From: Chloroflexota bacterium
Lineage (GTDB): Bacteria; Chloroflexota; Dormibacteria; DASZGP01
Assembly: GCA_034666445.1 (NCBI GenBank)
Contig: JAXDLV010000079.1
Location: forward strand, 1-44,613
Direction: 5' to 3'
Length of the DNA: 44,613 bases
Notes under the pieces: model-generated
What the model saw: the letters and a program-made list of their open reading frames with translations, nothing else
Told to the model about the DNA's origin: nothing
Databases searched by the model: none
Translations under genes and position numbers: made by a program
Part shown: piece after piece, positions 10,220 through 18,075 of the stretch
How positions within the stretch are numbered: position 1 is the stretch's first letter
How the letters are laid out: the number at the start of each line of letters is the position of its first letter

Positions 10220-10867
10220 CTACAGGCCGCGCGGGTTGACGCGGACGACGCCGACGACCAGGCCCTCGATGTTGAGGTCGCTGACCCGGATCGGCTGGTG
10301 CTTGGCATTGGCGGGCTCGAGGCGGAAGCCGCCGGCCTCGCGATAGAAACGCTTCACGGTGGCCTCTGACTCACCCGTCTCGGGGTTCTGGATCCGCGCC
10401 ACGACGACGGCGCCGTTGGAGGGCTCGCCGCCGGGCTTGACCGCGACGAGGTCGCCGTCAAGGATGCCGTCATCGATCATGCTGTCGCCGCGCACGCGCA
10501 GGAGGAAGGAGTTGTCCCCGAACAGGCCGCCCGACATCTCGACCCGGTCCTCGACGTTGGCCTCGGCCAGGATCGGCGTACCGGCGGCGACCGAGCCGAT
10601 GATCGGCAGGGCCACGATCCGCCCGTACTGGTCGCCGGCGCCGCTGGTGTCCTTCTCGACCATCTCGATGGCGCGGGACTTGGAGGGGTCGCGCTTGATG
10701 TAGCCCTTCCGCTCCAGCGTGTTGAGGTGGTTCTGGACGGTGGAGCTCGAGCTGAGCCCGATGGCCAGGCCGATCTCACGAACGGTGGGAGGGTAGGCCT
10801 TCTCGCGCAGCATCTGCTTGAGGTAGTCGAGGATCTCTCGCTGGCGCTGGGTCAGGACCTCTGGCAT
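10220..10867 (-). CDS. lexA: LexA repressor
   Basis: 215 aa from ATG 10867 (MPEVLTQRQREILDYL...). Winged-HTH N-terminus, cleavage site VAAG, S24 peptidase residues (RVRGDSM ... VKRF). The longer track ORF (to 11371) runs through the ferredoxin gene and is not credible. Confidence 0.95.
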   Translation of the reverse strand: MPEVLTQRQREILDYLKQMLREKAYPPTVREIGLAIGLSSSSTVQNHLNTLERKGYIKRDPSKSRAIEMVEKDTSGAGDQYGRIVALPIIGSVAAGTPILAEANVEDRVEMSGGLFGDNSFLLRVRGDSMIDDGILDGDLVAVKPGGEPSNGAVVVARIQNPETGESEATVKRFYREAGGFRLEPANAKHQPIRVSDLNIEGLVVGVVRVNPRGL

Positions 10868-10928
10868 TAGCTTCCTCCGCTTGTCGGGCGGCCGGGGCGT
10901 CCCGGACCCCCTCGTGAGTGGTGAATCG

Positions 10929-10968
10929 AAACTAGCACATCTGTTTGCGTATTGCAAACGCATGTTCG
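10929..10968 (-). promoter_or_regulatory. Putative lexA promoter with overlapping one-mismatch SOS box
   Basis: The minus strand reads CGAACATGCGTTTG (10955-10968; GAAC-N4-GTTT). It overlaps TTGCAA (10952-10957), followed by a 17-nt spacer and TAGTTT (10929-10934), about 60 nt upstream of the lexA ATG. Confidence 0.55.
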
Positions 10969-11053
10969 GGGCGAGATTTCGGTCTTCGCCGAGGCTCGCC
11001 TTGTATACAATTGCCACCGTACTGACCGTCCACCCACAAGGAGTGACGCACCG

Positions 11054-11311
11054 ATGACTTATGTAATCGCCGAACCCTGCATCGGTACCAAGGACAAGTC
11101 CTGCGTCGACGTCTGCCCGGTGGACTGCATCCACGGCGCCGACGAAGACCAGATGCTCTTCATCAACCCGGAGGAGTGCATCGACTGCGGCGCCTGCGAG
11201 CCGGCCTGCCCGGTGACCGCGATCTTCGTGGACTACGACGTCCCAGAGCAGTGGAAGGCGTACACCGAGCTGAACGCCGACTACTTCAAGACCGGCCGCA
11301 ACACCCTCTGA
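11054..11311 (+). CDS. 7Fe ferredoxin ([3Fe-4S][4Fe-4S], FdxA-type)
   Basis: 85 aa from ATG 11054, preceded by AAGGAG. MTYVIAEPCIGTKDKSCVDVCPVDCI (Cx7Cx3CP) plus CIDCGACEPACP. Confidence 0.92.
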   Translation: MTYVIAEPCIGTKDKSCVDVCPVDCIHGADEDQMLFINPEECIDCGACEPACPVTAIFVDYDVPEQWKAYTELNADYFKTGRNTL

Positions 11312-11363
11312 CCGGCGCCCCGGGGAACGGGGAGATGAGGGACCCGGCGATGTCTCACCAGGC

Positions 11364-12770
11364 ATGAGCACGCGCGTCGAAAAGGACTCGATGGGCGAGC
11401 TGCCCGTACCCGCCGCCGCGTACTACGGCGCCCAGACCCAGCGCGCCGTGCTCAACTTCCCGATCAGCGGGCTCACCATGCCCGAGGGCCTGGTTCGCGC
11501 CGGGGCTCGCATCAAGGCGGCCGCCGCGGAGGTCAACCTGGAGCTGGGGCTGCTCGAGCCTGAGGTCGCCGAGGCGGTGACCGCCGCGGCAAGGGAGGTC
11601 GCGGAGGGCGGGCTGGCCGACCAGTTCCCCATCGACGTCTACCAGACCGGCTCGGGGACGTCGACCAACATGAACCTCAACGAGGTCATCGCCAACCGCG
11701 CCACCGAGGTGCTCGGCGGCGAGCGCGGCAGCAAGCTGGTCCACCCGAACGACCACGTCAACATGGGGCAGTCCAGCAATGACGTCATTCCCACCGCGAT
11801 CCACGTCGCCGCCCTGGTCGCGATCGAGACGGAGCTGGTGCCGGCGCTGGAGCACCTCCGCGACGAACTGGAGAAAAAGGCGGTCGAGTTCTGGGACGTC
11901 ATCAAGACCGGTCGCACCCATCTCCAGGACGCCACCCCCATCCGCCTGGGGCAAGAGTTCCGCGGCTGGGCCGGCCAGGCGCAGCTGGGCGTGACCCGCC
12001 TCCGCGCGGCCCAGGCCGAGCTCGGCGCGGTGGCGCTCGGCGGCACCGCGGTGGGCACCGGCGTCAACACCCACCCGGAGTTCGCCGCACGGGTGTGCGC
12101 CCGGCTGTCGAAGGAGCTGGGCGTGGACGTGCGCGAGACCGAGAACCACTTCCAGGCGCAGTCCAGCCTCGACGGCGTCGTGGCCACCTCGGGTGCGCTT
12201 CGGACCGTCGCCGTCAGCCTCTACAAGATCGCCAACGACATCCGCTGGCTGGGGTCGGGGCCTCGCGCCGGCCTCGGCGAGCTGTCGATCCCGGCGGTCC
12301 AGCCGGGGAGCTCGATCATGCCGGGGAAGGTCAACCCCGTCATCTCGGAGTCGACCACGATGGTCGTCGCCCAGGTGGTCGGCAACGACGCGGCCGTCGC
12401 CTTCGCCGGCGCCGCAGGTTCGATCTTCGAGCTGAACCTGATGATGCCGGTGGCAGCCCACAACCTGCTCTCGTCGATCCACCTGCTCGCCGCCGCGGCC
12501 CGCAACCTCGCCGACCAGTGCGTCACCGGCATCGAGCAGACGGGCCACGGCCCCGAGATGGTGGAGCGAGGGCTCATGCTGGCCACCGCCCTCGCCCCGG
12601 CCATCGGGTACGACGCGGCCGCCGACCTGGCCAAGACCGCCTTCAAGGAGGGCAAGACGATCCGCGAGCTGGCGCGGGAGAAGACCGACCTCTCCGATGC
12701 GCAGCTGGACGAGTTGCTGGACCCGGCGCGTATGACGGAGCCGGGCGCCAGCGGTCCCGGCGGAGGCTAG
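11364..12770 (+). CDS. fumC: Class II fumarate hydratase
   Basis: 468 aa with the GSSIMPGKVNP signature. EKDSMGELPVPAAAYYGAQTQRA, QTGSGTSTNMNLNEVIANRA and HPNDHVNMGQSSNDVIPTA resemble FumC more than aspartase. Confidence 0.85.
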   Translation: MSTRVEKDSMGELPVPAAAYYGAQTQRAVLNFPISGLTMPEGLVRAGARIKAAAAEVNLELGLLEPEVAEAVTAAAREVAEGGLADQFPIDVYQTGSGTSTNMNLNEVIANRATEVLGGERGSKLVHPNDHVNMGQSSNDVIPTAIHVAALVAIETELVPALEHLRDELEKKAVEFWDVIKTGRTHLQDATPIRLGQEFRGWAGQAQLGVTRLRAAQAELGAVALGGTAVGTGVNTHPEFAARVCARLSKELGVDVRETENHFQAQSSLDGVVATSGALRTVAVSLYKIANDIRWLGSGPRAGLGELSIPAVQPGSSIMPGKVNPVISESTTMVVAQVVGNDAAVAFAGAAGSIFELNLMMPVAAHNLLSSIHLLAAAARNLADQCVTGIEQTGHGPEMVERGLMLATALAPAIGYDAAADLAKTAFKEGKTIRELAREKTDLSDAQLDELLDPARMTEPGASGPGGG

Positions 12771-12780
12771 CCCCTAACCG

Positions 12781-14055
12781 TCAACGGTTGGCGCAGGTCT
12801 CCGTGTAGGCGCCGCTCAGCGGCGTCGCGTGGGCGTTGCCCGCCTTCAACGCGGGGAGGTTGCCGAAGGCGACCGTGTCGTTGCCGTCGGCGCCGAGGTT
12901 GATCTTCACCACCGAGCCGCCGTTGCTGGCCCACGACTGGGACTGCTTCGACGTCTCGCCGCCGGGGGCGACGAGGTCGATGGTGACCGTCGAGTTGGTC
13001 TGGTCATACGAGCCCGGGCCGGAGGGGTGCTTGACCTTGATCGTGGCGGCGCCCTCGGGCAGCTGGAACGTGGCCGTCAGGCCGGTGCTGTTCTTGGCGA
13101 GCGCCGTGCAGTTGGGCGAGGTGCTCTCGGTGCCGGACGACGTCTTGGGGGAGGGGGTGATCCCCGCCAGCGTGAGGGTGTTGGTGTAACGGGTGCCGGG
13201 ACCGGACAGGGTGCTGGTCGCCCCGCCGCTGCTGATGGCGGGCTTGGCGAGGGGGCTGAAGGCCGCGAAGACGCCCGCGCCGCCCAGGAGAATCGGCACG
13301 ATGATGATCGCGCCCACGATCCAGGCGATCATCCGGCCGGTGCGGGCGACGGTCTCCATCACCGGCATCACGGTCCCGAGCTGGATGTCCGACAGCCGGG
13401 TGAACTGGGCGTAGGGGTTCTGCACCGGCTGGGTTCGCACCAGCACCCAGTCGTACTGACCGCTGGTGACGGCCGCCTGGCAGTAGCTGCACGCGCCACT
13501 CTCGTTGAGGTTGAGGGGCGCGCCGCAGTTGGGGCACTTGTCCGCCATGGCGCCGGCGCCCACCACTGTGACCGCCCCGGCCGAGCGCTGGAAGCTCCAG
13601 TCCTGGGCCTCGCCGCCGCCCTGGGGGGTGAAGCGGACCACGATGGTGTCGTAGGAGGGGTCGGTGTGGGCTGCGGCGATGGCCGCGGTCGCGTTCAGCG
13701 GGACGGGGACGGCCGCGCCGCCACGCTGGGCGGCGAGGATCGCATCGCGATGCTGCAGCCACATGGTGTCGGCCATGACCTGCCGGCTCATCGCCGGCTG
13801 CCCCGTCTGGATGGCCTGCTGCACGAGGTGGTAGGCCCACTCGGCGCGGGACAGGAAGCGGGTCTCGTCGAAGCCGGGGTCGTGCGCGGTGATGTCCGCG
13901 AGCGCCTTCTGCGGCGGCTCCAGCTGGGCCTGGACGTCGGTGCCGGCCATCAGGGTCCCGAACTGCACCTGGATCGCCTGCGCCATGTACTGGTTGTAGT
14001 CGGGCGCCTGGCCGGGACCGGGGCTCGGGCCAGCGCCGGAGCTGAATCTGGGCAA
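12781..14055 (-). CDS. Membrane protein: Tim44-like domain + zinc ribbon + TM + Cys-containing extracytoplasmic domain
   Basis: Tim44-like pattern: DETRFLSRAEWAYHLVQQAIQTG...VVRFTPQGGGEAQDWSFQR. Zinc ribbon CPNCGAPLNLNESGACSYCQ and TM helix MIAWIVGAIIIVPILLGGAGVFAAF. The TTG start at 14055 has GGAAGGAGG 5 nt upstream. The alternative ATG 14091 lacks an SD. Confidence 0.8.
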   Translation of the reverse strand: MPRFSSGAGPSPGPGQAPDYNQYMAQAIQVQFGTLMAGTDVQAQLEPPQKALADITAHDPGFDETRFLSRAEWAYHLVQQAIQTGQPAMSRQVMADTMWLQHRDAILAAQRGGAAVPVPLNATAAIAAAHTDPSYDTIVVRFTPQGGGEAQDWSFQRSAGAVTVVGAGAMADKCPNCGAPLNLNESGACSYCQAAVTSGQYDWVLVRTQPVQNPYAQFTRLSDIQLGTVMPVMETVARTGRMIAWIVGAIIIVPILLGGAGVFAAFSPLAKPAISSGGATSTLSGPGTRYTNTLTLAGITPSPKTSSGTESTSPNCTALAKNSTGLTATFQLPEGAATIKVKHPSGPGSYDQTNSTVTIDLVAPGGETSKQSQSWASNGGSVVKINLGADGNDTVAFGNLPALKAGNAHATPLSGAYTETCANR

Positions 14056-14099
14056 GCTGTCCTCCTTCCTCGTCTGGGTGAGGTGGATCATCCCTTAAC

Positions 14100-14143
14100 T
14101 TGACACGAACAGGCGTTCGTGCATAATGGCGAACATGAGTTCG
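14100..14143 (+). promoter_or_regulatory. Near-consensus sigma-70-type promoter with two perfect LexA (Cheo/SOS) boxes
   Basis: TTGACA (14100-14105), a 16-nt spacer, CATAAT (14122-14127). Box 1 CGAACAGGCGTTCG (14106-14119) fills the spacer. Box 2 CGAACATGAGTTCG (14130-14143) covers the predicted +1 and ATG 14135. Confidence 0.8.
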
Positions 14144-14467
14144 TATGCCGACGTCCACCAGGGATACCGCCGATCGCGCTACTACGCGCCGCGGGTGCCC
14201 CGAAGGAAGGCAGCCCGCATCAAGGTCGGGCGGATCGTGGTGGTCGTCGGGATACTGTGCGCCGCGTTCACCCAGGTGGCCTATGGGGGAGGGCGGACGG
14301 GTACCGAGAGGGTCACCGTCAGGCCCGGCGAGACGGTGTGGAGCATCGCCTCCGAGCGCTACCCCGAGGACGACACCCGGGCCCGCGTGAGCGACATCGT
14401 GCGCCTCAACAACCTCGGCGACGGGCCCATCCACTCGGGCGACGAGTTGGAGGTTCCGGCCGGCTAG
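14135..14467 (+). CDS. Small TM + LysM protein, YneA/ChiZ-like candidate SOS cell-division inhibitor (probably leaderless; alternative in-frame ATG 14126)
   Basis: About 110 aa. Basic N-terminus, TM helix IVVVVGILCAAFTQVAY, C-terminal LysM (VTVRPGETVWSIASERY...IVRLNNL...IHSGDELEVP). There is no SD. ATG 14135 lies 7 nt after the -10. Confidence 0.85.
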   Translation: MSSYADVHQGYRRSRYYAPRVPRRKAARIKVGRIVVVVGILCAAFTQVAYGGGRTGTERVTVRPGETVWSIASERYPEDDTRARVSDIVRLNNLGDGPIHSGDELEVPAG

Positions 14468-14501
14468 ACTCGCCGGCCAGGTGCCGAATTCAACTCGGCA
14501 C
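14458..14501 (+). terminator. Two tandem 7-bp-stem hairpins at the end of the LysM gene (weak intrinsic terminator candidates, no U-tract)
   Basis: GGCCGGC-TAGACTC-GCCGGCC (14458-14478; the loop contains the stop codon) and GTGCCGA-ATTCAAC-TCGGCAC (14481-14501). Confidence 0.3.
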
Positions 14502-14657
14502 TCGCGTTAGGCCCCCCACAGGTGCTACAACTACTTCCTCAACGTCATATTTGGCATGACGGACACCCGGTGCGGGCCGGGCGGGAGGTTCTAGAAGCTT
14601 GAGTCGGCGGGAATGCGAAGAGCGGTCGGTGCGCGAGCGCGATAGGGGGGGCGAAGC

Positions 14658-16079
14658 ATGAAGCAGTCTGTACGCGACAAGGTCGCCGTCGCGTTCATTA
14701 CGCTATCGGTCGCGTTCTCGGGCCTGATGGCCGTCCTCGTTGTGAGCGCGTACAACTCGAACAAGCGACCGGTGGCGGTTGCAGGCGGAGACACCGGCGC
14801 GCTTCCCGCTGATGCCGGGGGCGCCGACCAGGTGACAACCAGTGGCGGGTCCGCGGGTGGTAACAGCGGCGGTGGTGGCGGTGGTGCCGTGGCGAAGGCG
14901 GGCAAGCTCGCCACGTCGCAGGCTGAATCGGGCGTCACCGGTGACACCATCACGGTGGGTGGGATCTTCGATGAGACCAACGCGGTGGACTCCTCGGTTG
15001 AGCGCGACACCGTCAGGGCGTACTTCAACAAGGTCAATGCAGCCGGTGGCATCAATGGCCGCAAGCTCCAGATGATCCAGTGCGACTCCCAGTACGACGC
15101 GGTCGTGACCCGCCGATGTGCCTCGCAGATGGTCGACGCGCACGTCCTCTCGATCGTGGGCTGGACGGCGCCGAAGGGCGAGAACGAGCAGGTCCCGTAC
15201 TTCACACAGCAGGGCATCCCCATGATCGGTGGCCTGGGTACGCCGGATGAGTACAACTCGCCCCTCTCGTACCCGGTCTCCACGCCGTTCACCCGCTACG
15301 GGGAGGGTCTTGCGGCCCGCGCCGCAGAGCTGGGCATCAAGCACCCGGCAATCGTCGCGATCTACGACGTGCCGTGGGTCAAGCCGGTGATCAAGGCGCT
15401 CCAGGATGCCCTTCACGCCAAGGGCATCCAGGAGACGCACATCGACCAGGCCAGCGCCACGCAGCAGAGCTACGACCAGGACGTCCTGGCACTCGAGCAC
15501 CAGAACGACCTCGGGCCGTGTGCCAACCAGCCGCCGGACCCCTGCCCCGACGCTCTTCTCCCGGCGCTCGACCCGTTCAGCTATTCGCGGCTCTTCCAGG
15601 CAATGGACCGTGCCGGCTGGCACACCAAGATCATTGGCGGTGGACTGGACAAGGGCAGCTCCCAATCCGGCTACCACGACCAGATCGAGAACGCCAACTC
15701 GCTGGTGCCGTTCCTTTCTCCCTACGACAACCCGAACAACCCCACCGTCAAGGACTACCTCAGCACGGTCCAGCTGTACTACCCCGGGCAGTTCCAGGCG
15801 CTGGACATCTACACCCAGCATTCGTGGACCGCGGCGATGGTGTTTGTCGAGGCGCTGAAGCGCGCCGGCAAGGACGTGACTCGAGCGTCGTTGGTCGACG
15901 CCCTCAACACGATCAAGAACTTCGACACCGGGTGGTCCAAACCGCTCTCCTACAAGGCGGAGGATCACCACGATCCCAACCACTGCTTTACGTGGACGCA
16001 CCACGACGAGAAGGACGCCGACCACGGCGGCACCTGGCACACAATCTCGGACTGGCAGTGCTTCGACCCGCCGTTCTAG
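14658..16079 (+). CDS. ABC transporter substrate-binding protein, LivJ/LivK-like (membrane-anchored)
   Basis: 473 aa. N-terminal TM anchor (VAFITLSVAFSGLMAVLVVSAY), a Gly-rich linker, then a type-I periplasmic-binding-fold-like sequence. It is the first gene of the permease/ATPase operon. Confidence 0.8.
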   Translation: MKQSVRDKVAVAFITLSVAFSGLMAVLVVSAYNSNKRPVAVAGGDTGALPADAGGADQVTTSGGSAGGNSGGGGGGAVAKAGKLATSQAESGVTGDTITVGGIFDETNAVDSSVERDTVRAYFNKVNAAGGINGRKLQMIQCDSQYDAVVTRRCASQMVDAHVLSIVGWTAPKGENEQVPYFTQQGIPMIGGLGTPDEYNSPLSYPVSTPFTRYGEGLAARAAELGIKHPAIVAIYDVPWVKPVIKALQDALHAKGIQETHIDQASATQQSYDQDVLALEHQNDLGPCANQPPDPCPDALLPALDPFSYSRLFQAMDRAGWHTKIIGGGLDKGSSQSGYHDQIENANSLVPFLSPYDNPNNPTVKDYLSTVQLYYPGQFQALDIYTQHSWTAAMVFVEALKRAGKDVTRASLVDALNTIKNFDTGWSKPLSYKAEDHHDPNHCFTWTHHDEKDADHGGTWHTISDWQCFDPPF

Positions 16080-16094
16080 GCGCGCGCACCTAGG

Positions 16095-17027
16095 ATGCTG
16101 CTTCAGCTGGAGGGCGCTACGATCTTCGGCCTTGCGACGGGCGGGATCTTCTCCCTGGCCGCCCTGGGCATGGTCCTCGTCTACCGGGTGACCGGCGTGC
16201 TCAACTTTGCCCACGGCGCGATGGGCATGTTCTCCACCTTCGTCGCCTGGTCGGTGATCTATGAGTGGCATCCGCTCGCTGCCAGCGGGGCCGAAGCCGC
16301 CACCCAGTGGCCTTCGATCCTCCTGGCCGTCGCCTGCGCTCTGCTGTTCGCGGTTGTCCTGGGTTTCGTGGTGGAGAACGTCATCTTCAGGTGGCTCCGT
16401 GGCCGGCCCCAGGTCACCAAGGCCGTGGTAACGGTGGGGATCCTGCTCGTCCTGCAGGCGGCGGCGTCCCTGCGGTTTGGCAGCACCCAGTACCACGACG
16501 CCATCCACTTCCCGGGATTCGCGGGGGTGGTACATGTGACCCGTGACCTCGCGGTCAGCTATGACCAGATCCTGGTGATCGTCGTGGCCCTGGCCCTGGC
16601 CCTGGGCATGGCCGCCTTCCTGCGGTTCTCCCGGTTCGGCAAGGCGATGCGGGCCGTTTCGGACGACCCCGTGGCGGCGCGGCTGTGGGGCATCCGGGTG
16701 AACGTCGTGGGCAGCGTCTCCTGGATTGTCGGCAGTCTCATCGCCGCGATCGCGGGCATCCTGATCACACCCTTTATCAACTTCGACACGGTCAGCCTCA
16801 CGGTCCTGATCATCGATGCGCTGGCGGCAGCCCTGATCGGGGGGCTGACGTCGCTACCCCTGACTGTCCTCGGGGGGTTCGTCCTGGGGCTCATGGAGTC
16901 GTACCCGAAGATCTGGATCCAGTCGCCCGGGTTCTCTAAGGTGGTTGCAATCGCGGTGATCCTGGCCGTCCTCCTGCTGCGGACGGATCGGAACCTTCTG
17001 CGCGTGGGCGCCACCGACGATGGGTAG
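16095..17027 (+). CDS. livH: Branched-chain amino acid ABC transporter permease (LivH-type)
   Basis: 310 aa, multi-TM. LNFAHGAMGMFSTF and the C-terminal LivH-like pattern. Confidence 0.85.
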   Translation: MLLQLEGATIFGLATGGIFSLAALGMVLVYRVTGVLNFAHGAMGMFSTFVAWSVIYEWHPLAASGAEAATQWPSILLAVACALLFAVVLGFVVENVIFRWLRGRPQVTKAVVTVGILLVLQAAASLRFGSTQYHDAIHFPGFAGVVHVTRDLAVSYDQILVIVVALALALGMAAFLRFSRFGKAMRAVSDDPVAARLWGIRVNVVGSVSWIVGSLIAAIAGILITPFINFDTVSLTVLIIDALAAALIGGLTSLPLTVLGGFVLGLMESYPKIWIQSPGFSKVVAIAVILAVLLLRTDRNLLRVGATDDG

Positions 17028-18075
17028 CATTTCGGAGCTCGTCGCCGATCGGCGCGTCCGGATGGTGGGCGGGCTCCTCGCCCTGGTGGTCGCCGGGATC
17101 CTGCCGGCGCTGAGCGGCAGCATCGCGATCCGGGCTGACGCCTCCTTTGCCGTGATCTTCGCACTGGGGATCCTCTCGGTCGTCGTGCTGACCGGCTACG
17201 TGGGCCAGGTGTCGCTATGCCAGGCAACCTTTATGGGGATCTCGGCCTACGGGACGGCCTGGCTGGTCAACAGCGGCGTCAACTACTGGGTTGCTGCGGT
17301 GGTCGGTGTGATCCTCGCGTTCGGCCTTGGCGTCCTGGTTGGCATTCCGGCGCTGCGGCTCAGGGGAATCCTTCTGGCGATCGTGACCGTGGGCGTCGCC
17401 CTGAGCTTCGACGTCTACTTCTTCCAGGACGACGCCTTTGCCTGGTTCAACGGCGGCGGCGGCGGCTGGGGCGTCGACGGCGCCACCCTGTTCGGCCTTC
17501 AGCTCGACGCCATCAACCCCGAGAACGTTCTGCACACCTACTGGCTGTTGCTTGCGGTCTTCGCTGTCGTGGCGATCCTGCTGGTCAACCTCCACGACTC
17601 CGGTAGCGGCCGCCGCTTCCGGGCAATCCGGGACTCGGAGCTTGCCGCCGCGACCATGGGGGTCAACCTCACCAAGTACAAATTGCTCGGCTTTGGCATC
17701 TCGGCGGCGGTGGCTGGAATTGGAGGTGCTTTCTTCCCAGTGGTCCTGGGAAGGGTGAGCTCACAGCCGTTCTCCTTCTTCTACTCCCTCCAATTCGCGG
17801 CGTTCGCGGTGCTCATGGGCGTTCGATTCGTGCCCGCGGCAGCGATGGCCGGCGTCTTCATGGCGTTTGTCCCCGAACTCTTGATCCGCCTCAGTGGGGC
17901 CATGCATGTTGAGATCTCGTACGACTACTTCAGCATCGTCCTCGGCGCCCTGCTGGTGTTGCAGTTGATCACAGCGCCGGAGGGCGTATGGGGCGACTCA
18001 GCAGCCCGGATCCATCACCTCTTACATCGGAACAAGAGAGTGGTGGCCGAACCCACCAAGGTGATCACCACGTGA
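17020..18075 (+). CDS. livM: Branched-chain amino acid ABC transporter permease (LivM-type)
   Basis: 351 aa, with an 8-nt overlap with livH. GYVGQVSLCQATFMGISAYG is typical of LivM. Confidence 0.85.
   Translation: MGSISELVADRRVRMVGGLLALVVAGILPALSGSIAIRADASFAVIFALGILSVVVLTGYVGQVSLCQATFMGISAYGTAWLVNSGVNYWVAAVVGVILAFGLGVLVGIPALRLRGILLAIVTVGVALSFDVYFFQDDAFAWFNGGGGGWGVDGATLFGLQLDAINPENVLHTYWLLLAVFAVVAILLVNLHDSGSGRRFRAIRDSELAAATMGVNLTKYKLLGFGISAAVAGIGGAFFPVVLGRVSSQPFSFFYSLQFAAFAVLMGVRFVPAAAMAGVFMAFVPELLIRLSGAMHVEISYDYFSIVLGALLVLQLITAPEGVWGDSAARIHHLLHRNKRVVAEPTKVITT

Noticed and set aside
10868-11371. The N-terminal extension of the lexA ORF (383-aa version in the ORF track).
   Set aside because: The extension runs antisense through the ferredoxin gene and the SOS-box/promoter region. 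A complete LexA starts at ATG 10867.
14126-14134. ATG 14126 as the start of the LysM gene.
   Set aside because: It lies inside the -10 hexamer (CATAAT overlaps ATAATG), so it would precede the likely transcription start. I prefer the in-frame ATG 14135, but only TSS mapping can decide.
14820-14890. GGC/GGT-rich DNA (also a CCG/CCC-rich tract near 20100-20200) that looks like a tandem repeat.
   Set aside because: These tracts encode the Gly-rich linker of the substrate-binding protein and the Pro-rich spacer of the secreted protein. They are low-complexity coding sequence, not non-coding repeats.
12829-16535. Long shadow ORFs 12829-14103 (+), 13004-14434 (-) and 14703-16535 (-). The same applies to 32268-33794 (+), which lies outside this span.
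   Set aside because: Each is antisense to, or out of frame with, a gene that has recognisable domains (Tim44-like/zinc ribbon, substrate-binding protein and LivH, HDAC and TIGR00300). Their composition is typical of non-coding frames in GC-rich DNA.
17523-17530. Other LexA half-site pairs: GAACGTTC (17523-17530, N0), GAAC-N3-GTTC (23776-23786), GAAC-N6-GTTC (26608-26621) and GTTC-N10-GAAC (22075-22092).
   Set aside because: They have the wrong spacing or orientation for a Cheo-type box, and most are intragenic.
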